From the NCBI GenBank assembly GCA_016874535.1, contig VGUA01000001.1:41188-105187 (forward strand): a stretch of DNA of 64,000 nt. The letters are read 5' to 3'. The notes under the pieces are model-generated. The model was not told the origin of the DNA, did not search any database, and saw nothing but the letters and a program-made list of their open reading frames with translations. The stretch is from Gammaproteobacteria bacterium (GTDB lineage: Bacteria > Pseudomonadota > Gammaproteobacteria > Ga0077536). Below are positions 50,598 to 59,394 of this stretch, piece after piece; position 1 is the stretch's first letter, and every line of letters starts with the position of its first letter. Made by a program: the position numbers and the translations under genes.

Positions 50598-51988
50598 ATG
50601 CATGATCTCGTCCTGCGTAACGGTTTGGTAGTGACGCCCGCGGGCAGCTGTGGGGAGGAGTCGCAGTAGACGGCGAGCGCATCACACGGGTGGGCGCCGA
50701 TGCGGAGCTTCGACAAGGGCGCCGGGAAATCGACCTCAACGAACGCATCCTGCTACCAGGCGTATTCGATCCTCATATTCATTTTGAGGTTGGAGAGCGC
50801 TTCGGTGACGAAGCGATGGCGGAAGATTTCCGACACGACAGCAGGGACTGCCTGATTGGGGGCGTGACCTCCATTGCCACTACAACCGTTCTGGGGCGCG
50901 ACCCCTTGCCTGAACTGGTGGCGCGCGGAATCAAGGCGGGCACGGGCCAGGCTTGGTGTGACTTCAAATTCACCGGCGTTGTGATGACGCGCGAACACGT
51001 TCGCGAGATCGAGGCTGCCGCACACGCTGGAGCCACTTCATTCAAATTCTTCACCGGCTATGTGGGAGAGCAGGCAGAGGGCTTCGGGATGTCCAAGGAA
51101 GGGATACCACCGGACATGTTCTACGAGGCCTGCGAGGCGCTGGCGCGCTGCGAGCGCCCGGTATTCGCCAAGATTCATGCTGAGGATCCATACGTTCGCG
51201 GGCTGCTGGTTGACCGACTGCGACGCAGTGGCCGCGCCGATCAGCTTGTTGCCTGGGCCGAATCCACCCCGGAATGGGCCGAAGCCGTCCAGATCTTCAC
51301 CTATGGCTGCATCGCGCATGATTTCCGTATCCCACTTTACCCGGTGCACATCAGTGCCGCGTACACGGTGCGCTTTCTTGAGTACTTCATGCAGCAGGGC
51401 GTGAACGTGGTACCCGAGACTGTGACGAGTTTCCTCGCCACCACGGCGCATCAGATGGATGCGCACGGCATGGGATGTAAGGCCAAGATTCAGCCGCCGA
51501 TTCGCTTTGCCGAGGACAAGGAGCGACTGTGGCGTGGCGTGCGTGAAGGTGTCATCAAGGTCGTCGGCACCGACAGCATTCCTTATTCCAGTGGCTTCAA
51601 GGAAGGAGCCGATTTCTGGGAATGTCGCGTCGGCTTAAACCTCCAGATGGCGGACACACTGCCCCTCTTGTTTGATGAAGGAATCAACCAACGTCGCATA
51701 GACCTCAACCGTCTGGCGGAGATTACCTCTACCAACGCGGCGAAACTCTATGGGCTCTATCCCAAAAAGGGCGCGATTGCCCCGGGGAGTGATGCGGATC
51801 TGGTAGTCGTCGATCCCGAGCGCACCGCGGTGCTGGGCGTCAACAGAATGCGTTCCCGTGCCGACTACTCGATGTGGCACGACCGTCGCCTCAAAGGCAT
51901 TCCGGTAATCACCGTCCTGCGTGGCCGGGTTGTGATGGAGGATGGTGAGATCGTGGCCAATGAACCAACCGGCCGTTTCATCCACTGA
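50598..51988 (+). pseudogene. hydantoinase/dihydropyrimidinase-like cyclic amidohydrolase with an apparent -1 frameshift near 50640-50670
   Basis: A perfect RBS (TAAGGAGT) plus ATG at ~50598 encodes the canonical N-terminus MHDLVLRNGLVVTPAG and then hits TAG after 23 codons. The rest (GVAVDGERITRVGADAEL...LLPGVFDPHIHFE, carboxylated-Lys site SFKFF, VGTDSIPY) continues in another frame (track ORF 50690..51988). Confidence 0.6.
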
Positions 51989-52112
51989 GACCGTCAAGAT
52001 CCGGGTCCATCGGCAAAGGCTCTTCTATGACCTCTGACAGCACGCGCAAGCTTTACCGCGAAGCCAGCATCGGGCACGTATTGGGATTTGTCAACGCCCG
52101 GCCCTGATCGTC

Positions 52113-52681
52113 GTGGACATGCAGTACGGATTCACGGACCCCGCACGTTCGTCACTGGCCGCGGATTGTTCGCGCGAGATACCGCAGATGAACGCGCTGG
52201 TGGATGCGATGCGCTCCCGTGGCGCCCCTATTTTCTGGTCCGTGATTGCCTATCGCGACAGCGAGGTGCGTGATGCGCGCCTGTGGTCACGCAAGGCCCC
52301 CCCTTGGGCGTGCTGGTCGAGAACACAGCGATGACGGAGATCGATGCCCGCATGCACTTTGCCCCTGAAGACTTCCTCATCGTGAAGAAGCATGCATCGG
52401 CCTTCTTTGGCACCCCCTTGGCTTCCATGCTCACGGCCAGCACAGTCGACACCACTGTGGTGGTTGGTTGCACGACCAGTGGCTGCGTACGGGCAACGGT
52501 CACGGATGCAATCGCGCATGGTTTTCGACCCATCGTCCCGCGGGAGGCGGTTGCAGACCGGGCGCCTGAACCGCATCTGGCGAGTCTTTTCGACATGGGC
52601 GCGAAATATGCCGATGTGATGACGGTGGAAGAGACCCTCCAGGCCATTTGCGCCTGCCCGCATACGCATCCCGGAAATTAG
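52113..52681 (+). pseudogene. isochorismatase-family hydrolase with a frameshift at a C7 homopolymer (~52297-52303) and no canonical upstream start
   Basis: The N-terminal part (ALIVVDMQYGFTDP...) is in frame 0 (52113..52334). The C-terminal part (FLIVKKHASAFFGTPL...VVVGCTTSGCVRATVTDA with catalytic Cys) is in frame 2 (52283..52681). One extra C in the GGCCCCCCCTT run would join them. The stop codon lies inside repeat copy 3. Confidence 0.6.
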
Positions 52682-52762
52682 TGACAGTTACCCTATTTCC
52701 TGAAATAGGGTAACTGTCACCAATTCCCAAAAAATGGGGTAACTGTCACCAATTTCTCATGG
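52672..52762. repeat. Palindromic repeat family, copy 3
   Basis: GGAAATTAGTGACAGTTACCCTATTTCCTGAAATAGGGTAACTGTCACCAATT plus an extra half-site GGGGTAACTGTCACCAATTT. It lies between convergent 3' ends (isochorismatase-like gene and cytochrome c). Confidence 0.85.
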
Positions 52763-53152
52763 CCAGTGACGCGTAGGCACTCCGAATGGTGCGCGCAGTT
52801 GCTGCAGGTAACTCACCAGCTGCCAGATGGAGTTCTCAGGCAGGAGTTCGCCGTAGGCGGGCATGCCATGCGGGCGTCCATTGGCGATGGAGTGGAACAG
52901 CGCGTCAGCATCTCCGCCAAAGCGCCAGCGCCCGTCAGCGAGGCTGGGGCCGACCCAACCCGATCCCCCTCCGCCGTGGCAGCCGTCGCAGTTCATGCTG
53001 GAGAAGAGTGCTTCGCCAGCAGCCACTGCACCGGGCTCCCCCGCGAGCGGATTGCCGGCGGGCGCTTCATCTGCGATGACCGTAAAAGCAGCCACTGCCA
53101 CCGCCATCGCGCAGACCACCGAAGACCAGAGCCTCACAGCGCAAACACCCAC
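52757..53152 (-). CDS. c-type cytochrome (ExaB/c550-like electron acceptor of the adjacent PQQ dehydrogenase)
   Basis: 131 aa with a signal peptide and a CDGCH haem motif. The start overlaps the PQQ-ADH stop by 19 nt. Confidence 0.75.
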   Translation of the reverse strand: MGVCAVRLWSSVVCAMAVAVAAFTVIADEAPAGNPLAGEPGAVAAGEALFSSMNCDGCHGGGGSGWVGPSLADGRWRFGGDADALFHSIANGRPHGMPAYGELLPENSIWQLVSYLQQLRAPFGVPTRHWP

Positions 53153-54924
53153 ACCATGCCACCTTGGCTGGTGTACCGCGCGAGATCGGGCGCGAAATCG
53201 GTGGGCGGTCGCACATCAGCCGGATCTGCCGAATTCACGTCACCCGCCACCAGTGACCAGTCGCCGCCGATCCCGGAGTACACCGCGATGTACTGTCGTC
53301 CATCAGGTCCGCGATAACTGATGGGTGCACCGATCACCCCCGACCCCACCTTGAACTTCCACAGTGGCTTGCCGGTGTTGGCATCAATCGCCTTGAACCA
53401 GCCATCGAGCGTGCCGTAGAACGCCACGTCACCGGCCGTGACCAAGCTGCCGCTCCACACAGGGAAGCGCTCGTTTACTTCCCACTTCTTGCGGCCGGCC
53501 GCTGCATCCCAGGCCATGAACCCTCCCAGATGAGGGCCTGCACCCGGATGATAGGGAATGGTGGCGCCGACATACGGCGTGCCTTTGACGTAAATCGCGT
53601 CAGCCGATTGCCAGTCCATGCAGAGATTTAGCGTGGGTACATAGAAGAGCTTGGTGCGCGGAGACCAGGCAGCGGGCGCAGATGGCCCTTTGCCGCCTTC
53701 GAGCGTCGGGCAGATGTTCTTTACCAGACCGTGCGATTTGCCGGTCAATTTTTCCGGCACCACCAGCGGTCGGCCCGTGGTCTTGTCGACACCCGTCGCC
53801 CAGTTCACCGGCACATAAGGCTCGGCGACCAGCACCTCGCCAGTCGCGCGATCGAGTGCGTAGGCAAAGCCGTTCTTGTCGAAATGCACCAAGGCCTTAC
53901 GCACCCGGCCATCAATCTCCAGATCGACCAGGATGTTCTCCGCCGTCGCGTCGTAATCCCAGTTGTCGAAGGGCGTGAACTGATAAGCCCACACCAGCGA
54001 GCCGTCACCCGGCTTGCGGGCCATCACGCTCGCACTCCACTTGTTGTCGCCGAGACGCTGTTCCGCGTTGTAGGGGCCGGGGTTGCCGGTGCCGTAGTAC
54101 ACGAGATCAAGCGCCGGGTCATACGACAGCCAGCCCCATACCGGCGCACCACCGCGCTCCCAGCTTTCTTCGGCCCAAGTGTCCGTGCCGGCGTTCGGTG
54201 CTGGCGGGTAGGAAGGTTTGAAAGTTTCCTGCTTTACGCCCATTCCGGTATCAGGCCCCAGATTGCGCATCTGCCAGACAATCGCGCCAGTTTCCAGATC
54301 AAGCGCCTTCAATGAGCCGCGAATCCCGAACTCCCCGCCGGAGGGCCCCACCAGCACGCGGTTTCCCGCCACCAGCGGCGCCATGGTCAGGGTTTCGCCG
54401 CTGGCGAGATCCGCGACAGTGGTCTTCCAGAGTTCCTGCCCGGTTTTCGCGTCCACCGCCACCGTGCGGCCATCGAGCAGGTTGTAAACGATCTTGCCGT
54501 CGGCATGCACGGCCCCGCGATTCACGGCATCACAACAGGCGATACCAATCGCGGCGGGATTGGCATCCGGCCGGTACTTGAACCGCAGGGGATAGTCTTC
54601 CTGAGTCAGATCGAAGGCATACAGCACATTGGGCCACGGCGTGACGACATAGAGCGTGTCATCCACCACCAAAGGCTGGCCCTCATGTCCGCCCAGCACG
54701 CCGGTGGAGAAATTCCAAACCATGCGCAGCTTGCCGGCGTTCTCGGGCGTGATCTCGGCCAGCTCGCTGTAGCGCGTGCCGGCCATGTCCCCACCGGGCT
54801 GCGTCCACTCCTCACCCGCACCCGCCTGAACCTCGCCGGCGCCTAACAGCAGCCCCACCAGAAAAATGGGTGACAGTAACCCTATTTCCCGGAATCGGAT
54901 GGCTGTCGCGGTTTTTCCAGGCAT
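53134..54924 (-). CDS. PQQ-dependent alcohol/methanol dehydrogenase, type I, probable lanthanide-dependent (XoxF/ExaF/PedH-like)
   Basis: Eight-bladed propeller with the vicinal disulfide CC (IACCDAV) and a catalytic Asp in WDYDA, which has the extra Asp characteristic of Ln-dependent enzymes (Ca-type MxaF has WDYAG). Start taken at M16, giving the signal peptide MPGKTATAIRFREIGLLSPIFLVGLLLGAGEVQA, part of which is encoded by repeat copy 4. Confidence 0.8.
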   Translation of the reverse strand: MPGKTATAIRFREIGLLSPIFLVGLLLGAGEVQAGAGEEWTQPGGDMAGTRYSELAEITPENAGKLRMVWNFSTGVLGGHEGQPLVVDDTLYVVTPWPNVLYAFDLTQEDYPLRFKYRPDANPAAIGIACCDAVNRGAVHADGKIVYNLLDGRTVAVDAKTGQELWKTTVADLASGETLTMAPLVAGNRVLVGPSGGEFGIRGSLKALDLETGAIVWQMRNLGPDTGMGVKQETFKPSYPPAPNAGTDTWAEESWERGGAPVWGWLSYDPALDLVYYGTGNPGPYNAEQRLGDNKWSASVMARKPGDGSLVWAYQFTPFDNWDYDATAENILVDLEIDGRVRKALVHFDKNGFAYALDRATGEVLVAEPYVPVNWATGVDKTTGRPLVVPEKLTGKSHGLVKNICPTLEGGKGPSAPAAWSPRTKLFYVPTLNLCMDWQSADAIYVKGTPYVGATIPYHPGAGPHLGGFMAWDAAAGRKKWEVNERFPVWSGSLVTAGDVAFYGTLDGWFKAIDANTGKPLWKFKVGSGVIGAPISYRGPDGRQYIAVYSGIGGDWSLVAGDVNSADPADVRPPTDFAPDLARYTSQGGMVWVFAL

Positions 54925-55012
54925 GGGGTGGCTTTCGGAAATGGGGTAACTGTCACGAATTTCCGTCACGAATTTCCGGTGAGCGCGGAAATAGGGTAAC
55001 TGTCACCCATTT
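54862..55012. repeat. Palindromic repeat family, copy 4 (compound, about 150 bp)
   Basis: GGGTGACAGTAACCCTATTTCCCGG ... GGAAATGGGGTAACTGTCACGAATTTCCGTCACGAATTTCC ... GGAAATAGGGTAACTGTCACCC. It spans the PQQ-ADH start and 5' region, and lies downstream of the BVMO gene. Confidence 0.85.
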
Positions 55013-56838
55013 ATTTCGCAGCCGGGCAGGTCTCCGGCTGCGCGCCACCCGCGCAGGATGTCGAAAAACCGGAGCGGTCCTCCGCCATAGGAATAGGCGA
55101 AGAAACTGTTGCGGTTACCCGTGCGGCCCTCGTTGTTGTAGTAGCCCGGTGTGCACTCCTGCCGGAACTGCTCACCCATGCTGGCCTTGCTCTCCATCTC
55201 CGCCACCCAGGCGGCTTCGCCTTCCTCGGTGGCTTCCACCTTGCTGGCACCCCGCTGCCGCAACTCATTCAAGATATAGGTCACGTGTCGCGCCTGTTCA
55301 TCCAGCGTCTGCGGCACGTTCACCGTCACGGCACTCTGCGTGAAGCCGAGGAAAAAGCAGTTAGGAAAACCGTGCGTCTGCAACCCGTGCAGGGTGCGCA
55401 GGCCCTCGGCCCATTTCTGGCTCAAGCGGCGTCCATTGCGCCCGACGATGTCATAACCGGCGCGACGGGTGTATCCGGTGCCCACCTCGAAACCGGTCGC
55501 GAAGATGAGGCAGTCGAGTGCGTACTCCTGACCATCCACCACCACCCCGTGTTCGGTGATCCGCTCCACGCCTTTGCCGGCAGTGTCGATCAGATGCACA
55601 TTTGGGCGATTGAAGGTGGGCAGATAATCGTCGTGAAAACACGGGCGTTTGCAGAACTGGCGATACCAAGGCTTCAGCTTCTCGGCGGTGGCCGCATCCT
55701 GCACGATGGATTCCGCGCGAGCGCGCACGGCATTCATCTTCTGGTAGTCCGCGATCTCCATCAGCAGATCGCGCTCTTCGCCGGTGAGTCGGCGGCCAAT
55801 CTTGCGTGAGGCGGTCTTGGCTGCGATGGCGGTGAGGTTGCGGAAGATGTCCGTCCAGCCATCGGAGACGAGATCGACTTCCTGATCTCCACCGGAAACC
55901 AGAATGTTGAAATTCTCCATGCGGCGATACTGCCAGCCGGGCTCGAGCGAGGCGGCCCATTCGGGATCCGTCTCGCGATTGTTGCGGACATCAATGGAGC
56001 TGGGCGTGCGCTGGAATACATGGAGCGATTTGGCCGAGGCGCCGAGATGTGGGATGCACTGCACGGCCGTCGCACCGGTGCCGATGATGCCGACGCGCTT
56101 GTCCTTGAGCCCATGTAGATTGCCAGTGCTGTCGCCACCGGTGTACGCATAATCCCAGCGACTGGTGTGGAAGGTATGGCCCTTGAAGCGGTCGATGCCG
56201 GGTATTCCCGGCAGTTTGGGACGGCTGAGCGGCCCGTTGGCCATGGCGACGAAACGCGCCCGCATCTTGTCGCCGCGATCGGTCTCGATGATCCAGTAGC
56301 CGGATGCCTCATTCCAGTTCATGGCGGTCACCGAGGTCTGCAGCAACGCATCGTCATACAGACGGTAGAGACGAGCGATGTTGCGGGAATGCTCGAGGAT
56401 CTCCGGCGCGTACGAATATTTATGCTTGGGGATGTAGTTCAGCTCCTCCAGCAGCGGCAGGTAGCAGTAGGACTCCACATCGCACATCGCGCCCGGGTAG
56501 CGGTTCCAGTACCAGGTCCCGCCAAAGTCGCCGCCTTGTTCGATGACGCGGATGCTCTCGAAGCCGGCCTCGCGCAGTCGCCCGCCCATCAAGAGGCCAC
56601 CAAATCCGCCACCGATGATGACCACCTCCACCGTGTCGTTCACCGGTGCGCGCTCGATGCGCGGCGTATAGGGATCATCGATGTAGTTGGAGAAGTCGCC
56701 TTTGACCTCCAAGTATTGGTCGTTGGCGTCCTCGCGCAGCCGGCGGTCGCGTTCGGCGAGATAGCGGGCCTTGAGCGCCTGCGGGTCGAAATCGATTTCG
56801 CCAAGCACCTGGCGGATGACGTGCATTGCCTCGGACAT
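55003..56838 (-). CDS. type I Baeyer-Villiger monooxygenase (CPDMO/HAPMO-like, with N-terminal extension)
   Basis: 611 aa with FAD and NADPH Rossmann motifs (IIGGGFGG, IIGTGATA) and the BVMO fingerprint FKGHTFHTSRWD. Confidence 0.85.
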   Translation of the reverse strand: MSEAMHVIRQVLGEIDFDPQALKARYLAERDRRLREDANDQYLEVKGDFSNYIDDPYTPRIERAPVNDTVEVVIIGGGFGGLLMGGRLREAGFESIRVIEQGGDFGGTWYWNRYPGAMCDVESYCYLPLLEELNYIPKHKYSYAPEILEHSRNIARLYRLYDDALLQTSVTAMNWNEASGYWIIETDRGDKMRARFVAMANGPLSRPKLPGIPGIDRFKGHTFHTSRWDYAYTGGDSTGNLHGLKDKRVGIIGTGATAVQCIPHLGASAKSLHVFQRTPSSIDVRNNRETDPEWAASLEPGWQYRRMENFNILVSGGDQEVDLVSDGWTDIFRNLTAIAAKTASRKIGRRLTGEERDLLMEIADYQKMNAVRARAESIVQDAATAEKLKPWYRQFCKRPCFHDDYLPTFNRPNVHLIDTAGKGVERITEHGVVVDGQEYALDCLIFATGFEVGTGYTRRAGYDIVGRNGRRLSQKWAEGLRTLHGLQTHGFPNCFFLGFTQSAVTVNVPQTLDEQARHVTYILNELRQRGASKVEATEEGEAAWVAEMESKASMGEQFRQECTPGYYNNEGRTGNRNSFFAYSYGGGPLRFFDILRGWRAAGDLPGCEING

Positions 56839-57106
56839 GGAACAAGCCCTGCGGAAAGGGTCGACGACCCGGACGGGCCATCATACCCCGAGGCCGGGGT
56901 CTCGATCGCCGCCGCCGCAGCCACCTGCGGCAGACTGGCCTTGCAGACCCGGTGCGGGATGCATAGTGAATGCGCTGCAGCATCTCTTTGCTGAGGTGTG
57001 CAACGCTTGACGAGTCCTTCGCAAACCGCGATACGAGCCGAGGAGACCACACAAGCACCGGCGCGGGGTCGCACTTCGCGCACATGAGCCTAAAAAGGAA
57101 GCCACC

Positions 57107-58153
57107 ATGCGCTTTGGACTGCTCTACCCGCCCACGTTCGACGCCGCCACGCACTGCGACTCCGCCACCCTCTACCAACAGATCTGCGAGCAGGTGGAAC
57201 TGGGCGAAACCTTGGGCTACGGGGCGGTGTGGCTGGCGGAACATCACTTCACGCCCTATGGCGGCGACATACCCAACCCGCCGCTGCTGCTGGCTGCGCT
57301 CGCGCAGAGAACGAGAAAGATGCGCCTTGGCACGGCCGGCGTCGCGCTTCCACTCAACCGCGCACTGAACATTTCGTAGCAACTCGCGATGGTTGATGCC
57401 CTCTCGGGGGGACGCCTTGATATCGGCGTGGTGCGAGCATTCCTCGATTTCGAATTTGAGGCGCTGCAGGTGGACATGGGCGAGTCCCGCGATCGCTTCA
57501 ACGAGGCGGTCGAGATTCTGCTCGGCACTTGGGCGAACGAACGCTTCAGTTATCAGGGCCGCCATAACCGGTTTGAGAACGTGATGATGCGGCCCCGTCC
57601 TGTCCAGCGTCGGCCGCGGATCATCGTCGGCACGGTGCTGAGCCCTGAGTCCGCGCGCTACGCCGGGCTGAACGGCTTTGGTCTCATGGTGATTCCCTAC
57701 GCGGTGACGCTGGAGGGCGTGAAACAGAGCGTCAAGATCTACCACGAGGCATTGCTTGGGGCTGGGCACAACATTGAAGACCACACGGTGCAGGCCACTT
57801 TCCATCTCTACGCCGCCTCCACTGAAGCTGAGGCGAAGGCCGCCGCGCGCGAGCCGATGGAACGTTATGTGCAGTATTTCGCGGATGCGATCGCGGGTGA
57901 TCGCTGGTCCAAGGATTACGTGGGCTACCAGGGGATGGCAGAGAAGGTCCTGGGCCTCAAGAACTTTGATGTGCTCTACGACGGTCGCGTGATGATCGGC
58001 GATCCGCCACGGCTGCACGCAATGATGGAGCGGGCTCTGGAAGCCGGCATCGGGGAACTGTCATTCATCACCATGCTGCCCGGCCTGGAACAGGCAAAAG
58101 TGCTGGATTGCCTGCGGCTCTTTGCTGAAGAAATCATGCCGCGCTATCGGTAA
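57107..58153 (+). pseudogene. LLM-class (luciferase-like) flavin-dependent oxidoreductase interrupted by in-frame TAG at 57377-57379
   Basis: Track ORFs 57107..57379 and 57389..58153 are in the same frame and are separated only by TAG plus 3 codons. The stop falls in the conserved ...LPLNRAL/NIS*QLAMVDALSGGRLDIGV region of the TIM barrel. Confidence 0.6.
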
Positions 58154-58267
58154 GCCGCGACACTCGTGAAAGTCGTCGGTGGGATGTGCAAGGCCGTAGC
58201 AGTGTTCGCGATTCAACAAGGCCATGGTGTCCTGGGCGCCGAGCCCCGAATCCCCGCAGCTCCGGGC

Positions 58268-58377
58268 AATTGGTGACGGAAATTGGTGACAGTTACCCTA
58301 TTTCCGGAAATGAGGTAACTGTCACCAATTTGGGGGTGCTACCTAATCTTCCGAAATGGGGTAACTGTCACGAATTA
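58268..58377. repeat. Palindromic repeat family, copy 5
   Basis: AATTGGTGACGGAAATTGGTGACAGTTACCCTATTTCCGGAAATGAGGTAACTGTCACCAATTT plus a downstream half-site GGGGTAACTGTCACGAATT. It lies between convergent 3' ends (LLM gene and FkbM-like gene). Confidence 0.85.
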
Positions 58378-58385
58378 TCATGCGG

Positions 58386-59264
58386 TCAGGCGTACCAGCA
58401 CTCGGAAAGCACGCGATTGGGATGCATCAGGCTATTGGGCTGGTCCAGTGGGTGGGGGAAAACCCGCGCCGGTCGGCTTTGCGTGATGCGATCCCGGCGC
58501 AGCAGCGTGAACTCCATCGCACGCGATACGGCGTAACCGGCCACGTGTGAGATGGGCGAATGATTGTTGGGATGAATGTGAACCACCGCGAAATCATCGA
58601 GCAGAGGCTCGATGCAGCGGGGGATGCGTCTGTTCACCACGCCGCCGTTCAAGTTGGTCAGCTGGTCGAGCTGATGCAGCTCCATGACGATGATGCGGAA
58701 GCGCTTGAACAAGGACGGGTCCGTCGCAGCCAGCACCGGGTACTCGGCACCCTCGATGTCCATCTGCAGCAGGAGATCGTTGTCCCCGGGTGCGGCATGC
58801 CGGTTCACCCAATCGGCGAGCGACACCACCCCGTCGCCAGTCTGCGCGCCCAGATTCAACTTCTCGAAGGTCATCAGCGAATGCGTGAAGGAGGGGCCCT
58901 CCACCGTGCCATCGGCGAGGTGACACGGGATCCCCCGTTCCAGCAGGGAGTTCTCGAACGCCGAAGTGGGACCCACGCCGGGAGAGAAACAGCGCTGGAT
59001 TCCTGCGAGGTCGTCCGGGACGAGATAGCCGCCGTCGCCGTCTCCCCCGAGGCGGATGAGCTTGTGCTCGGTTTCCACCGGCTTCAGGCGTTGGATGAAT
59101 GGCCCGAGCAACAGCGGTACCAGCAGGCGGCGCAGAATGCGCTCGCCCAGGGGCAGCTTCTCGCGGAACCGCTTGCGGTTGACCTTTCCGGTCTTGGGAT
59201 TGCCAGACATACCCGGATAGCGGCGATTCCAAGCATTCTCTTGAAGAGATTCCGGGCTCCTCAC
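58386..59264 (-). CDS. hypothetical protein with FkbM-methyltransferase-like core (tentative)
   Basis: Motif LLQMDIEGAEYPVL resembles the KIDVEGAE block of FkbM-family methyltransferases, with a Gly-rich region LGGDGDGGYL. The true start may be an internal Met (~59210). Assignment is weak. Confidence 0.4.
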   Translation of the reverse strand: MRSPESLQENAWNRRYPGMSGNPKTGKVNRKRFREKLPLGERILRRLLVPLLLGPFIQRLKPVETEHKLIRLGGDGDGGYLVPDDLAGIQRCFSPGVGPTSAFENSLLERGIPCHLADGTVEGPSFTHSLMTFEKLNLGAQTGDGVVSLADWVNRHAAPGDNDLLLQMDIEGAEYPVLAATDPSLFKRFRIIVMELHQLDQLTNLNGGVVNRRIPRCIEPLLDDFAVVHIHPNNHSPISHVAGYAVSRAMEFTLLRRDRITQSRPARVFPHPLDQPNSLMHPNRVLSECWYA

Positions 59265-59394
59265 CGGTAGGTCGCCCGCTGCGGGTGCGAAGGGGCGGAA
59301 GTGAGCAAACTGTCACACAAACTTCACTTGCAACGCGTGTTCACCCGTGGTCTCATCCCCAGCATTTGAAAGCGCGCCTTGGCGCCGGGAAACC

